64,000 nt of DNA from an uncultured Polyangiaceae bacterium (GCA_964195565.1 CAXMRN010000063.1:47701-111700); one strand, 5' to 3'; counted from the first letter of the stretch, positions 9,066-21,025 are shown. The notes: a model not told the origin generated them from the sequence alone. Translations and numbers: made by a program.

Positions 9066-9551
9066 ATGCCGTCGTTCGATGTCGTTTCCAAAACCGATCA
9101 GCACGAAGTCGACAATGCACGCAACCAGGCGAGCAAAGAGATCGCTCAGCGGTACGACTTCAAAGGCACCGACAGTAAGATCGAGCAGACCGAGGAGGGG
9201 ATTGTGATTCGGTCGAACAGCGAAGGGCGGCTCGACGCTGCCCGCGACGTGCTCGAAAGCAAGATGGTGCGAAGGCAGGTGTCGCTGAAGTCGCTCGACA
9301 CGCAGCAGCCCCAACAGGCGGGCGGCCAGATGTGGCGACAGCTCATCAAGCTCAAGGAAGGCGTATCCAAAGAAAAAGCAAAGGAAATCGTCAAGAGCAT
9401 CAAGGACGCCAAGCTCAAGGTGCAGGCGTCCATCCAAGGTGACTCGGTGCGGGTCTCCGGCAAGAAGCGAGACGACCTCCAGGACACGATCGGGTTCCTC
9501 AAGGAGCAAGATTTCGACCTGCCGCTCCAATACGTGAACTTCCGAGACTGA
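9066..9551 (+). CDS. yajQ: YajQ-family nucleotide (c-di-GMP)-binding protein (UPF0234)
   Basis: The sequence MPSFDVVSKTDQHEVDNARNQASKEIAQRYDFKGT is typical of YajQ. A GGAGG RBS is present. Confidence 0.85.
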   Translation: MPSFDVVSKTDQHEVDNARNQASKEIAQRYDFKGTDSKIEQTEEGIVIRSNSEGRLDAARDVLESKMVRRQVSLKSLDTQQPQQAGGQMWRQLIKLKEGVSKEKAKEIVKSIKDAKLKVQASIQGDSVRVSGKKRDDLQDTIGFLKEQDFDLPLQYVNFRD

Positions 9552-9562
9552 GGCGACGTGCT

Positions 9563-10426
9563 TTGACCCAGACGAAAGTAAAGCTCGTGGTTGGCTACCA
9601 GGGCGCCGAGGGCGCGTACAGCCAGCTCGCTGCGAAGAATCACTTCGCCGGTACGGACGCGCAGGTGCGTTGCGTCGGCTACCACAGCTTTCGGGAGATG
9701 CTCGAGGCGCTCAAGGCGGGGGAGGTTGATTTCGCAGTGCTCCCCATCGAGAACTCCATCGCCGGGTCGATCAACGACAGCTACGACCTGCTTGCCGAAA
9801 CGGGACTGTCTCTGGTGGGAGAGGAGTTTCAGCCCATCGCACACTGCCTGATCGGCGCCGCAGGTGTGCCCGTTGCCGACATTCGCCGGGTCTATTCGCA
9901 TCCGGTCGCGCTCGCGCAGTGCGGCGAGTTTCTCGAGACCCTCGAGGACTGCCACGTGGAAGCGTTCATCGACACCGCTATGGCCGTCGAGCAGGTCAAG
10001 AAGGACGCCGACCCCACGCAGGCGGCCATTGCCAGCGAAGAAGCGGCGGTGCTCCATGGTTTGCCAATCTTGCGCAGGGAGATCGCCGACCATCCAGAGA
10101 ACTACACTCGTATGGTGATTGTCGCCCGGCAGCCTGCGCACCATGAGCCTGGCGTCGCGTGCAAGACCTCACTGATCTTTTCTACGATTCACGAGCAAGG
10201 CGCGCTCGCCCGCTGCATCTCGATCTTCGCGGAACGGGGCCTGAACCTCACGAAGATCGAATCGCGCCCCAAACCGCTTACGCCGTTCGAGTACGTGTTC
10301 TACGTCGACTTCGAAGGCAACGTGGATCGCGAGACGACACAGGCGGCGCTAGGAGACCTCGAGGAGGTCACCACCTTCCTCAAGGTGCTCGGTTCGTATC
10401 CGATCGGCCGCACTCGCGTCAGCTAG
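9563..10426 (+). CDS. pheA: Prephenate dehydratase (PDT plus ACT domain, no chorismate mutase domain)
   Basis: The start codon is TTG. Supporting motifs are VGYQGAEGAYSQ, ENSIAGSI and LTKIESRP. Confidence 0.85.
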   Translation: MTQTKVKLVVGYQGAEGAYSQLAAKNHFAGTDAQVRCVGYHSFREMLEALKAGEVDFAVLPIENSIAGSINDSYDLLAETGLSLVGEEFQPIAHCLIGAAGVPVADIRRVYSHPVALAQCGEFLETLEDCHVEAFIDTAMAVEQVKKDADPTQAAIASEEAAVLHGLPILRREIADHPENYTRMVIVARQPAHHEPGVACKTSLIFSTIHEQGALARCISIFAERGLNLTKIESRPKPLTPFEYVFYVDFEGNVDRETTQAALGDLEEVTTFLKVLGSYPIGRTRVS

Positions 10427-12743
10427 CGATGGCCTCTGCAACATGGGAGAGGCGATTGGCGTCGCTCTCGAGTCCCGCTGCGAGACAGGTCGCCGACACC
10501 ATCTTCAATGCGGCTGCTTCTCCGGGCCCGTCCTCTTGGTCGCGTGCAGCCGCCAGGGCCTCGAGCGCATCGATCATCGCGTCACGGCCGCGCCCTCGCG
10601 CAAGCTGCAAGCAAGCCGATGCGATTGCGATCCGGATTGCGCCGCCAGGGGTCTGGTTCGGGCTCTTCTTCGCCGCGTCGAGAGCTTGCTTGGCGGCTGG
10701 AACGTCTTCTCTGCTGATATAAGAGACGACGCGCAAGCAGTGGGCACCGGTGAGGTCACCGCCGGCCGCAATCAACGATTCGACCAGGGCATCGAACTGG
10801 TCGTGGTCCCGTTCCTTCAGCGACCGCACTAGCTCGTCGGAGCGATTCTCGAGCTCCTCTTCGAGGTCCGGAAGCGTTGGCCGCTCTTCGTCCTCCTCCT
10901 CCCGTGGCGGGCCGGACGGAAGCCGTACGGCCCGGCTGATCTCGGAGGCGCCCTCGCGGGTCTCCGGGTCGGGCTGGTACTGCACCGCTGCCGCGGCAAG
11001 GCGCACCGCCGCATTGGTGTATCCATTGTCGGCAGCGAGGGAGCCGGCTTCGAGGATTGCGTGCGCGCCGCGTCCGAGATCCCCTCCTTCACAAAGATAG
11101 GCGCCGATGGTGGCTGCCATCGACGGCCCGACCAGCGGCTCCGCCGTATGAAGGGCCTGCGCGACGAACCGGTAGACCTCGGTCCGGCGGGCCGGCGGCA
11201 TGCGTTGCACCACGGCCCTGCGAAGGAGTTCCGAGTCGGGCTTCGCTTGGGGCGTCAGCAGCCCGTCGTTGACCAGTGCTTCGAGAGCCCTTTGCCGGGT
11301 GTCCGTCGGTATCCCGTCCAACGCGACGGCAGCGTCGACGACCTGTGCGGACGACGCGGGGAGAGCGGTGCATGCGACCTCGAGGAAGCGCATGGACGAT
11401 GTGTCGAGCGTTGCGAACCGTTCTTCGAGGAGCGCGCGTGGCCCGAGGTGTTGTCGGCGCTCCGCCGACGCTTCGCGCCACACGAAGGTGCTACCGTCGC
11501 GTACGATGTCGCCGGTGGCGATCATGGTTCGTGCGGCCTCCATGATGCCCAACACCGTCGTCCCGCCGGTGATCACGAGCTGCGTGGCGATCTCGGCATC
11601 GGTATCCTGCCCGAGGATGCCAGCCGCCACCAGTAGCGCTTCGTTCGGATCGAGCGAAGGAAGGTCGATCTTCGCCGCCCGCTGCAAGCCACGAAGGCCC
11701 GCCGGGATACTCGACTCGGTCGTTCGAATGCAAAGCATGGCGGCCACCGTCTCGTCCGACAGCGCGGCGCCAATGACACTCAGGGTGGCGGGGTCGACGG
11801 CCGAGACCCGGTCGATGTAGATCCACGGGATACCGTGCTCCGATCGCAGGGCGCGGAACGTCGCCTTGAGCGCGTGGATGGCCGCTTCGCGAGGCGGAGG
11901 CGCCGCGCAGGCGATCGATTTGAGCGCGTCGGCCACGCCGGGCTCGGTCTTCTTGAGGGCCTGTCGAGTGGGCTCGAGCGCTCGCCAAGCTCCGAGGAGC
12001 GCCAGGCGAAGCCCACCAAGTGGCTCGAGCCCGCCGGGAACCGCGCCGATCTCGAGGAATGCGGGTGGGCGAAGCTCGTCACGTAGCGCGAAGACACCCG
12101 CGCGCGCGCCAATGCCCAGCTCCCCCGTCAGATAGAAGACGCACGTCTGGGACCCAGCGGCGGACTTCTTCAGCGGCTCGAGCGCATGGCGAATGCTCGC
12201 TGGAACGGGCGCGGGGTGGAGCAAGCCCACGGCCCGCCGGCATTCTTCGAGCAGCGGGCGGCTTCGGTCGATGGCCTCTCCCTGCAACGCGAACGAGGTC
12301 GTGCTGACCGACCGTCCGAACAGATAGGTCCGCGACGCGGCTTCGCGAGATTCGACGTCGAGAACGACTTCACCGGCGCGGGCCTGGTTGGCCAGTAACT
12401 GCGCGCGATCGATCGCACTACCGTTATTGGTGAGATGGCCTGCGTCGTCCTTGGCGCGTTGGACGTCGCCACTAGCGATGCCAAACGCGATGGGAAGGCC
12501 ACCGGCTGGCACAGGCTGCGATTCGGCCTCCACGAGGAGGCGGAGCGCCAAGTTGATCGCGGTCTTGAGTTCATGAAGGGTGAAGTTCGCCACCACCGTG
12601 CCGGCGAGGGACGAGATCACCTCGCCTCCCGCTCCCTGCACCTCGTTCGTGACGTAGCGCGCCCATTGCCCCGCGGCCGCGGTGGTCTCCTCTTCTTCGA
12701 AGGCGGGAGGCAGGATCCTGTGCCAGAGGACGAAACGTTCCAT
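10419..12743 (-). CDS. Large signalling-scaffold-like protein: degenerate class III nucleotidyl-cyclase-like domain, degenerate P-loop NTPase and a helical C-terminal region
   Basis: The product is 774 aa. Cyclase-like blocks are GGEVISSLAGTVVANF, IGIASGDV and GSAIDRAQLLANQARAGEVVL. The P-loop-like segment reads LTGELGIGARAG. The 3' end overlaps the pheA stop by 8 nt in a convergent arrangement. Confidence 0.6.
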   Translation of the reverse strand: MERFVLWHRILPPAFEEEETTAAAGQWARYVTNEVQGAGGEVISSLAGTVVANFTLHELKTAINLALRLLVEAESQPVPAGGLPIAFGIASGDVQRAKDDAGHLTNNGSAIDRAQLLANQARAGEVVLDVESREAASRTYLFGRSVSTTSFALQGEAIDRSRPLLEECRRAVGLLHPAPVPASIRHALEPLKKSAAGSQTCVFYLTGELGIGARAGVFALRDELRPPAFLEIGAVPGGLEPLGGLRLALLGAWRALEPTRQALKKTEPGVADALKSIACAAPPPREAAIHALKATFRALRSEHGIPWIYIDRVSAVDPATLSVIGAALSDETVAAMLCIRTTESSIPAGLRGLQRAAKIDLPSLDPNEALLVAAGILGQDTDAEIATQLVITGGTTVLGIMEAARTMIATGDIVRDGSTFVWREASAERRQHLGPRALLEERFATLDTSSMRFLEVACTALPASSAQVVDAAVALDGIPTDTRQRALEALVNDGLLTPQAKPDSELLRRAVVQRMPPARRTEVYRFVAQALHTAEPLVGPSMAATIGAYLCEGGDLGRGAHAILEAGSLAADNGYTNAAVRLAAAAVQYQPDPETREGASEISRAVRLPSGPPREEEDEERPTLPDLEEELENRSDELVRSLKERDHDQFDALVESLIAAGGDLTGAHCLRVVSYISREDVPAAKQALDAAKKSPNQTPGGAIRIAIASACLQLARGRGRDAMIDALEALAAARDQEDGPGEAAALKMVSATCLAAGLESDANRLSHVAEAIAS

Positions 12744-12904
12744 CGCGATGTACAGCTAGGCGCGCCCGGGCGCCGACTTCACGTCGGTCACCGTCTCAAA
12801 GATGCCCATGCCCCCTTATGAGGTCACGATCCCACGCAGACGGCCCCGTGTAAAGGGACTGAGGTTTCTCGACTTCCCAGTTCCGTTTGTGCTAGCTGGG
12901 AATC

Positions 12905-13870
<966 letters not shown>

Positions 13871-13871
13871 G

Positions 13872-14969
13872 GTGACGGAGGCCGCTCCGCGGGTATACGA
13901 TCTCGCCGCCGCGCATCCGGATGGTTGGTTCGAAGAGGTGCTCGCGCAGTCCCAGGATTTCGAAAAGGCGTGCGAGATCATCGGCCGCAGCACCTTAGGC
14001 CTCGCGCTGATCGCCGGCGCGCGGATTCTCAGTCTCACCGCCAACCCGCACGCGTCCGATCTGACCACTGTCGAGTTCTCGATTGGCCAAGACCCCGCTG
14101 TTCGGCAGGTGCCATTGTCCGAGTTCCGTGAGACCATTGGCCAGTTCCTCCTGACGCCCCTCGAGAGCTGGAGCCTACCGGACGACGCCGACGCGGAAGC
14201 CCTCCAGGCACACATCGGCGGGCGCTACATGCTAGAGGCGTCCTTGTTTCAAGTGCAGCCAATCGAGCTTCGCCATGACCTGGGGCTCTCCGAGCTGACA
14301 CTCCAGTTTAACGAGCTGCGCCATGTCTTGGCACTCGACGACTTCCGAGAGGTGCTCGACGAGCGCGTGCGATCCGAGCTCGAACTCGACCGGCGCGAGG
14401 GCGACGCGATCGACTTGGCGATCGTAGATCAGGCGGAAGAGGCGAACGCGGATGGCAACTGGGGTGCCACGGTCGCCATGCTCAACCCCTGGCTGAACTC
14501 GATCGCGATGCTTCTTCGCACGGGGGAGTCCGAGACCCTCGCCGAGGAGATTCATGGACGCTTGTCAGTCAGCCTCGACCTGCTTGGCACGGCGTACGCG
14601 AACATGGGCGAGCTCGATGCCGCCAACGAAGTGTTGCGACTCGGCATTCAGTGGGCTGGCGAGTCGGGCAAGGCGGGTGGTCTGTATCTTGCGTTGGGGC
14701 GGGCATCGGTTGCGGGCGACAAGCATGGTGAGGCGATCGGCTTGTTGCGGCGGGCGATTCGCTTGGGTGCCGAGGAGCGTGACGCGCTGCCCTTGTTGGC
14801 GCAGTCTCTGAGCGCCCGCGACCAGAGCATCGCAGCGATGGTGTGCAATGAGCGAGCCCGCGAGCTCGGTGCCGATGCCGACGAGCTGAAGGCGGTCGAG
14901 GCACTGCTCGAGGGGCGCCTAGGTGAGGCCTGGCCGCGGTTTCAGGCCTGGTTGAGCGACCCCGAGTAG
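13872..14969 (+). CDS. Hypothetical acidic protein with a TPR-like helical C-terminal half
   Basis: The GTG start lies 1 nt after the epimerase stop. GC3 is high. I recognised no family. Confidence 0.55.
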   Translation: MTEAAPRVYDLAAAHPDGWFEEVLAQSQDFEKACEIIGRSTLGLALIAGARILSLTANPHASDLTTVEFSIGQDPAVRQVPLSEFRETIGQFLLTPLESWSLPDDADAEALQAHIGGRYMLEASLFQVQPIELRHDLGLSELTLQFNELRHVLALDDFREVLDERVRSELELDRREGDAIDLAIVDQAEEANADGNWGATVAMLNPWLNSIAMLLRTGESETLAEEIHGRLSVSLDLLGTAYANMGELDAANEVLRLGIQWAGESGKAGGLYLALGRASVAGDKHGEAIGLLRRAIRLGAEERDALPLLAQSLSARDQSIAAMVCNERARELGADADELKAVEALLEGRLGEAWPRFQAWLSDPE

Positions 14970-15012
14970 CCGCTTTACTTTGCTCCTGAGGCTTCGTACC
15001 GTAGCCGTTCGG

Positions 15013-16512
15013 ATGTCGGGCTTTCTTTTGTCGATCGATCAGGGAACCACGGGTTCCACCGCGCTGCTTTTGTCTCCCTCGGGGCAGATCTTGGCGCGCG
15101 CCAATCACGAGTTCCCGCAGCATTTCCCAAAGCCCGGGTGGGTCGAGCACGACCTCGAGGAGATTTGGAAGAGCGTCCTCGACGCTGTCCGGGACGCCAT
15201 CGAGAGGGCCGGTGTCGCGGCTACCGACTGCCTGGCGATCGGCATCACCAACCAGCGTGAAACCACGGTTGTGTGGGACCGAAATACCGGCAAGGCGGTG
15301 CACAACGCGATCGTCTGGCAGGATCGCCGCACGGCCGACCGGTGCCAGGAGCTCAAGGACGCGGGCAAAGAAGAGATGTTCCGTCAGCGCACCGGCCTGG
15401 TGCTCGATCCGTACTTGGCTGGAACCAAGCTCGAATGGCTGCTCGACCACGTCGACGGGGTGCGGGCTCGCGCAGAGACGGGCGAGCTCGCCTTCGGCAC
15501 GATCGACTCTTGGTTGGTGTACCGTCTCTCGGGCGGAGAGGCGCACGTGACCGACGCGAGCAATGCCTCGCGGACCCTCTTGTACGACATTGCCCAAGGA
15601 CGGTGGGACGAGGAGCTCGCCGCAGAGCTGAACGTTCCGATGGTGCTGCTCCCCGAGGTCCGGAGCTGCTCGGAAGTGTATTCGCACACCTCGGGCGTCC
15701 CCGGGTTTCCTGACGGGGTTCCGATTGCGGGCATGGCCGGCGACCAGCAGGCCGCCTTGTTCGGCCAGACATGTTTCGAGGTCGGCGACGCCAAATGCAC
15801 CTACGGCACCGGCGCGTTTCTGCTCATGAACACGGGAACCGATTTGGTGCGCTCCGAGAACGGGCTTCTCACGACGATCGCGTGGCGCCTTGGTGACCAA
15901 ACCGTGTACGCGCTCGAAGGCAGCGCCTTCATCGCTGGCGCCGCCGTTCAATGGCTCCGCGACGGATTGGGGCTGATCGACTCCTCCGACCAGATCGAGG
16001 CCAAGGCCAGAGAGGTCGATGAGACGGGGGACGTCGTGTTTGTCCCGGCATTGGCGGGTTTGGGGGCACCGCATTGGGACCCGCATGCGCGGGGCCTCAT
16101 CTATGGACTAACGAGGGACACGACCGCAGCGCACCTGGCGCGCGCAACCCTCGAGGGAATAGCTTTCCAGATCGTCGATCTGGTGGATGCGATGCAGGCC
16201 GACGCCGAACGTTCTATAACGCGTTTGAGGGTCGACGGTGGCGCGGCCCGCAATGACTTACTCATGCAATTTGAAGCTGACATGCTTGGGGTGACGATCG
16301 ACCGTCCCGAGAATGTCGAAACGACTGCCTTAGGAGCTGCTTACTTAGCCGGCATGGCCGTCGGTGTATTCGATGGTCTTAGTTCTATTGTAGATGCTTA
16401 CCGTATCGAACGTAGCTTTGAGTCTCAGGCCACCCCGGAACAAAGGGACCGGCATTTGAGGCGATGGCGCGACGCGGTGCGGCGGGCGCGAAGTGAGATG
16501 GGAATAACATGA
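15013..16512 (+). CDS. glpK: Glycerol kinase
   Basis: This is track ORF 14980..16512 trimmed to the ATG ([19 protein letters not shown]). Further supporting blocks are [12 protein letters not shown] and [10 protein letters not shown]. Confidence 0.9.
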   Translation: MSGFLLSIDQGTTGSTALLLSPSGQILARANHEFPQHFPKPGWVEHDLEEIWKSVLDAVRDAIERAGVAATDCLAIGITNQRETTVVWDRNTGKAVHNAIVWQDRRTADRCQELKDAGKEEMFRQRTGLVLDPYLAGTKLEWLLDHVDGVRARAETGELAFGTIDSWLVYRLSGGEAHVTDASNASRTLLYDIAQGRWDEELAAELNVPMVLLPEVRSCSEVYSHTSGVPGFPDGVPIAGMAGDQQAALFGQTCFEVGDAKCTYGTGAFLLMNTGTDLVRSENGLLTTIAWRLGDQTVYALEGSAFIAGAAVQWLRDGLGLIDSSDQIEAKAREVDETGDVVFVPALAGLGAPHWDPHARGLIYGLTRDTTAAHLARATLEGIAFQIVDLVDAMQADAERSITRLRVDGGAARNDLLMQFEADMLGVTIDRPENVETTALGAAYLAGMAVGVFDGLSSIVDAYRIERSFESQATPEQRDRHLRRWRDAVRRARSEMGIT

Positions 16513-17252
16513 GCGAGAATGATGTCGGGCAAGACAAACCAAACGAAGAAGAACTAGATGTACCGGTAGCTTGGGAGGCACTCGAAGACGCATTTGAAAA
16601 CAACGCACCCGAGGTGCATAGCTACTTGCACTTCGATACGGGCGAGGTGATTCGCATCGTCGATGGGGTTGCCGACCCGTCGATGCACACGCGCATCATC
16701 GGTGACAGCCGGTATCTGCGGATCGATCCTGTTTCATCGCGCGAGCAGTATCGCTGGATGGAACGCTTCATTGCGACGGCCGAGGACGAAGAGCTACGAC
16801 GCCGCCTCAACATTGCGATCGACGGGAAGGGCGCGTTTCGGCGCTTCAAGGATGCGCTGGTGAGTCACCAGGTCGACCGGGAACGCTGGTTCGCGTTTCG
16901 GTCCGAACGCCTGCGCTCTTGTATGGAATCGTGGCTCACGGCGCATGGAATCCACTCGGTGGAGCGCCCGACTTGGCACGTGCCGACCGCAGAAGAGGTC
17001 CAGCCCGAGGCAGAGGCAGAGGCCGAGCCGCAGAGCGAGGCGCCCGCGGAGCCGGCCAGTCAGGCCCCCACGGGTCACGCCCATCGGGGAAGGCTCCATG
17101 AGCTGGTCGACCGACTCTCGTCGCGCGACATCGAGGCGGCCGAGACCTTCCTCGCGTACCTCCAGGATCGACGCCCCTCGTCGAAACCTCCGGCCAAGAC
17201 CGCCCCGGAGCCCGCGCTCGTCGAGGTGGCCCAGACCGCCGAATCCGAGTAG
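16509..17252 (+). CDS. UPF0158-like hypothetical protein with an acidic/Pro-rich tail
   Basis: The start overlaps the glpK stop in an ATGA arrangement. The block [27 protein letters not shown] resembles UPF0158 proteins. That family call comes from memory. Confidence 0.55.
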   Translation: MSENDVGQDKPNEEELDVPVAWEALEDAFENNAPEVHSYLHFDTGEVIRIVDGVADPSMHTRIIGDSRYLRIDPVSSREQYRWMERFIATAEDEELRRRLNIAIDGKGAFRRFKDALVSHQVDRERWFAFRSERLRSCMESWLTAHGIHSVERPTWHVPTAEEVQPEAEAEAEPQSEAPAEPASQAPTGHAHRGRLHELVDRLSSRDIEAAETFLAYLQDRRPSSKPPAKTAPEPALVEVAQTAESE

Positions 17253-17419
17253 GAACCCCGGCAGCGGCCAGGTCCCAGGTCAACCGTAGGCAAGCGAGCC
17301 TAGGCAGGCCACAATATATAGTGGGGGTCACACACTGACCCTCCCTTCTGGTCGCGCAAAGCGTTGCAATATCGTATGTTCAGTGATAGCCACGTCCAAC
17401 TACTCCTTTGGGGGGCATC

Positions 17420-20400
17420 GTGAAGATTAAGAAGCTCCAAATCGTTGGCTTCAAGTCCTTCGTCGACCGGACGACGGTCCACTTCGACCACGACATTACC
17501 TGTGTCGTAGGGCCGAACGGGTGCGGCAAATCCAACATCGTCGACGCCATCAAGTGGTGTATGGGGGAGCAATCCCCATCCCGTCTACGCGGCAAGCAGA
17601 TGGAGGACGTGATTTTCAGCGGGGCCGAGGGCCGAGGGCCGCATGGCTTCTCGCAGGTCACGCTGACGTTCGACAACACCGACGGCCTCGCCCCACCGGA
17701 GTACAGCGACTACGCGGAGATTCAGGTCACCCGGCGTCTCGATCGCCAGGGCAACAGCGACTACTCGATCAATCGCACACCGGTCCGGCTCCTCGACATC
17801 ACCAACTTGTTTTTGGGCACCGGCGTCGGCAAGCGAGCGTACTCGATCATCGAGCAGGGGCGCATCGGTTTGATCGTGACCTCCAAGCCGGAGGACCGCC
17901 GATCGATGATCGAAGAGGCCGCAGGGATCAGCAAGTTCAAGCTGAGCAAGCGGACCGCCGAACGCAAGATGGACCAAACGCGCCAGAATCTTCTGCGCGT
18001 CACCGACATCATCGGAGAGCTCGAGCGCAGTCTCGCGTCGCTGAAGCGGCAAGCGCAAAAGGCGGAGCGCTACAAGCGCTACAAGAAAGAGATGCGAGAC
18101 CTCGATCTATGGGTCGCGTCGCACCGCTTCCTCGAGCTGCGTGGACAGATCAGCTCTGCCACGATGTTGTTGTCGAAGGCCAGCGAAGAGGTGCAAGCAA
18201 ACCGTCACGCGTTGGTTGCGAAAGAGGCATCCGTCGAGGCTGATCGTGTTTCGTTGCAGCAGATGGGCTCTGAGGTCGAGCGCGGCCAGGGTCGCGCGTA
18301 CGAGCTCGACAACTTGGTTCGACAGCTCGAAGGGTTGATTCGTCAACAACAGGATCGACAGGCCGCGTTGGTCGAGCGCAAAGAACTCGCGACTCGGGAG
18401 CTTCACCAACTCGAAGAACGGCGGGCTGGGTTGCACCAGGAAGTGTCGACCGTTCGGCTCTCCCTCAGCGAGCTCGAGTCTCTCGAGGCCGAAGCCGGGC
18501 AGCTTTTGGCCACGGTCGAGGCTGAGCTCCAAACCCGTAAAAACACAGCAGAAGAGGCCGAAGCAGCGCTACAGAACGCGCGCGCCCGCCTGGCGGAAGG
18601 CCACGCGCGGGTTGTGGGCGCCGAGGCGGTGCTCGACGGCTACGGCGCGCGGCGCGACGACATTCGCGGGCGTCTCGAACGCTTGCAAGAGGAGTTGCAG
18701 GCACTGGCGACACGCGAAGTCGAGTTCACGCAACAGAGCGGAGAGCTCGGGGCTCGGATGGTTGGGCTGCGCAGCGGCAGGTCAGCGACGGCCGAGCGTC
18801 AAACCGAAATCGAGACCTCGCTGTCGACCGGCAAAGAAGCGTTGCGCCGCGCAGACGCTGAGGTCGACGCTCTCCGAGAGAAGTTTGCGGTCACGAGTTC
18901 GAGGCTGCGGTCGCTCAACGAGATTCACGAGCGTTTCGAAGGCGTCGGTGCCGGCGCACAAGCCGTCATGACCGGGTATGCAAACGCCTCGGGTGACTTT
19001 GGGCGTTCGGGCTTGGTCGGTCTGGTTGCCGATCGCTTGGAGTGTCCGGCCGAGCACACGCGCGCTCTCGGCGCAGCGCTTGGGGGTTCGCTCGAGTACT
19101 TGCTGGTTCAGGACACCGATGCGGCACTGCGAGCTGCTGACTTTCTGGCGCGCGGTGAAAAGGGTCGCGCGACATTCCTTCCGCGTTCGCCGAGCGGCCC
19201 GCCGCGCATCGTGCCGCCGTTCCCCACCGGGACGGGAGTTGTTGGCCCGCTGCTGACGCTCGTCCGCCACTCGCACGCCGATCAGGACTGGGTCCGGTAC
19301 TTGTTGTTCGATGTGCTAGTCGTCGACACCCTCGAGACGGCGGCTCGGCTTCATCGCCAGGGCTTCCAGGGGAAGCTCGTCACGCTCGACGGCCAGGCGC
19401 TGCTCAGCGACGGCGCCGTCGTCGGAGGCGCCAAAGACGAGTCGGCAGCCCATCTGCTGCGGCTGAAGCGCGAAATCCGCGAGCTCGAAGAGGCCGCGGC
19501 GTCCGAGAGCGCCGAGCTCGAGCGCGCGACCGCGAATCAGGGCCGTCTTCGCGCGAGCATCGCCGAGCGCCAGGCCGCGATCGATTCCGCGAGGACCGAG
19601 GCCCACGATGCCGAGCTGCAGATCCTGGGCGCGGAGCGCGATCTACGCGTCGTCGACCTGGAGCTTCGCCGCATCGAGGAGCGCCGCCAGGAGATCGCCA
19701 AGCTCGACGCGGAGGGCCGCGCGGCCCTGTCCCAGGTCGATGTCGATGAGGGCAATACCAAACGGCAGCTCACCGACGCGCAGCGGGACGTCGCGAACGC
19801 CGAAGAAGCCACGCAAGTCGCCGGGAGCGTCCTCGCCGAAAGGCGTCGCGTCGTCGAGGAGCAGGCCGCCAAGGCCACCGAGGTCAAGGTAGGTGCGACG
19901 CAGTCTCGCGAGCGCGCCGATCGCGAGCGTTCCTTGCTCGGGCAACTCGATCGCTCGATCTCGGAGCTCGACGCGCGCGAGGATCGCTTGCGCGAAGACG
20001 TGGCGATCGCCGATCGCGATCAAGGACAGGCGGCCGGCCGCATCCTCTTGCACGGAGGGCGCTTGAGCGAGACAGCGCACAAGGCCGCCCTCGCTCGAGA
20101 GGACCTTTCCAATCAGCGCGGGCGCTACGACGAAGCTCGAACCCAGCTCGGCGAGTCAGAGGCGTCGCTCAAGCGGTTGCGCTCCACCATCGACGAGCAG
20201 TCCACAGAGCTCAACCAGCTCACGCTTCGCGAACGCGAGCTCACATTGTCTCTCGAGCACCTCAACGAGCAGGTCTTCGAGAAGCATCGGGTCGAGCTGG
20301 CGTATGTCATCGGTGACCACCATGCGCGACCGGTACCTGACGCCGAAGTCACCGCGCGTGCGGAGGAGCTGCAGCGGCTGATCGACCGCATGGGCGAGAT

Positions 20401-21025
20401 CAACCTCACGGCGATCGAGGAGTACGAGGAGAACGCCGAGCGCTACGAGTACCTCACCAGCCAGCGCAGAGACCTCGAGGATGCGCTCACCAAGCTCGAA
20501 AAGGCGATTCGGCAGATGAACCGGGAGAGCAGGGCACTGTTCCGTGAAGCGTTTGCTGCGATCAACGAGCGCTTCAAGCGCATTTTCCCCATGCTCTTCC
20601 GTGGTGGAAAGGCCGAGCTCCGGTTGACTGAGCCGCAAGACATGTTGGAGACAGGCGTCGAGATCATCGCGCAGCCTCCCGGCAAGCGTCTAGGCTCGCT
20701 CGAGTTGATGAGCGGCGGAGAGAAAGCCCTGACAGCGGTGGCGCTGATCTTCGCGATCTTCCAGTACAAGCCTAGCCCGTTCTGCCTCCTCGATGAGGTC
20801 GACGCCCCGCTCGACGAGGCCAACATCGGTCGCTTTGCTGAGACCATCCAGCAAATGACAGACCGCTCCCAGTTCATCATCATCACCCACTCGAAGCGCA
20901 CCATGGAGTTCGCCGACGTCTTGTACGGCGTCACCATGGAACAACCTGGCGTCTCCAAGCTCGTCTCCGTCGAGCTCCGCGGCGAGAAGCGCCCCATCTC
21001 CGCAGCCGTCGAAGCCGCCGAATAG
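17420..21025 (+). CDS. smc: Chromosome segregation ATPase SMC
   Basis: The N-terminus reads VKIKKLQIVGFKSF...VGPNGCGKSNIVDAIKWCMGEQS. Long coiled coils follow, and the C-terminus carries LSGGEKALTAVALIFAIFQYKPSPFCLLDEVDAPLD. I prefer the GTG at 17420 (GGGGGG lies upstream) over the track's TTG at 17408. Confidence 0.9.
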   Translation: MKIKKLQIVGFKSFVDRTTVHFDHDITCVVGPNGCGKSNIVDAIKWCMGEQSPSRLRGKQMEDVIFSGAEGRGPHGFSQVTLTFDNTDGLAPPEYSDYAEIQVTRRLDRQGNSDYSINRTPVRLLDITNLFLGTGVGKRAYSIIEQGRIGLIVTSKPEDRRSMIEEAAGISKFKLSKRTAERKMDQTRQNLLRVTDIIGELERSLASLKRQAQKAERYKRYKKEMRDLDLWVASHRFLELRGQISSATMLLSKASEEVQANRHALVAKEASVEADRVSLQQMGSEVERGQGRAYELDNLVRQLEGLIRQQQDRQAALVERKELATRELHQLEERRAGLHQEVSTVRLSLSELESLEAEAGQLLATVEAELQTRKNTAEEAEAALQNARARLAEGHARVVGAEAVLDGYGARRDDIRGRLERLQEELQALATREVEFTQQSGELGARMVGLRSGRSATAERQTEIETSLSTGKEALRRADAEVDALREKFAVTSSRLRSLNEIHERFEGVGAGAQAVMTGYANASGDFGRSGLVGLVADRLECPAEHTRALGAALGGSLEYLLVQDTDAALRAADFLARGEKGRATFLPRSPSGPPRIVPPFPTGTGVVGPLLTLVRHSHADQDWVRYLLFDVLVVDTLETAARLHRQGFQGKLVTLDGQALLSDGAVVGGAKDESAAHLLRLKREIRELEEAAASESAELERATANQGRLRASIAERQAAIDSARTEAHDAELQILGAERDLRVVDLELRRIEERRQEIAKLDAEGRAALSQVDVDEGNTKRQLTDAQRDVANAEEATQVAGSVLAERRRVVEEQAAKATEVKVGATQSRERADRERSLLGQLDRSISELDAREDRLREDVAIADRDQGQAAGRILLHGGRLSETAHKAALAREDLSNQRGRYDEARTQLGESEASLKRLRSTIDEQSTELNQLTLRERELTLSLEHLNEQVFEKHRVELAYVIGDHHARPVPDAEVTARAEELQRLIDRMGEINLTAIEEYEENAERYEYLTSQRRDLEDALTKLEKAIRQMNRESRALFREAFAAINERFKRIFPMLFRGGKAELRLTEPQDMLETGVEIIAQPPGKRLGSLELMSGGEKALTAVALIFAIFQYKPSPFCLLDEVDAPLDEANIGRFAETIQQMTDRSQFIIITHSKRTMEFADVLYGVTMEQPGVSKLVSVELRGEKRPISAAVEAAE

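Noticed and set aside
14569-16086. A 505-aa minus-strand ORF
   Set aside because: It is antisense to glpK and to the upstream hypothetical gene. The sequence is Arg/Pro-rich and not protein-like, while the glpK frame has unambiguous homology.
17321-17341. GTGGGGGTCA-cacac-TGACCC inverted repeat between the UPF0158-like gene and smc
   Set aside because: The stem is 6 bp with no T-tract, and it occurs only once. It may be a terminator or operator, but the support is insufficient.
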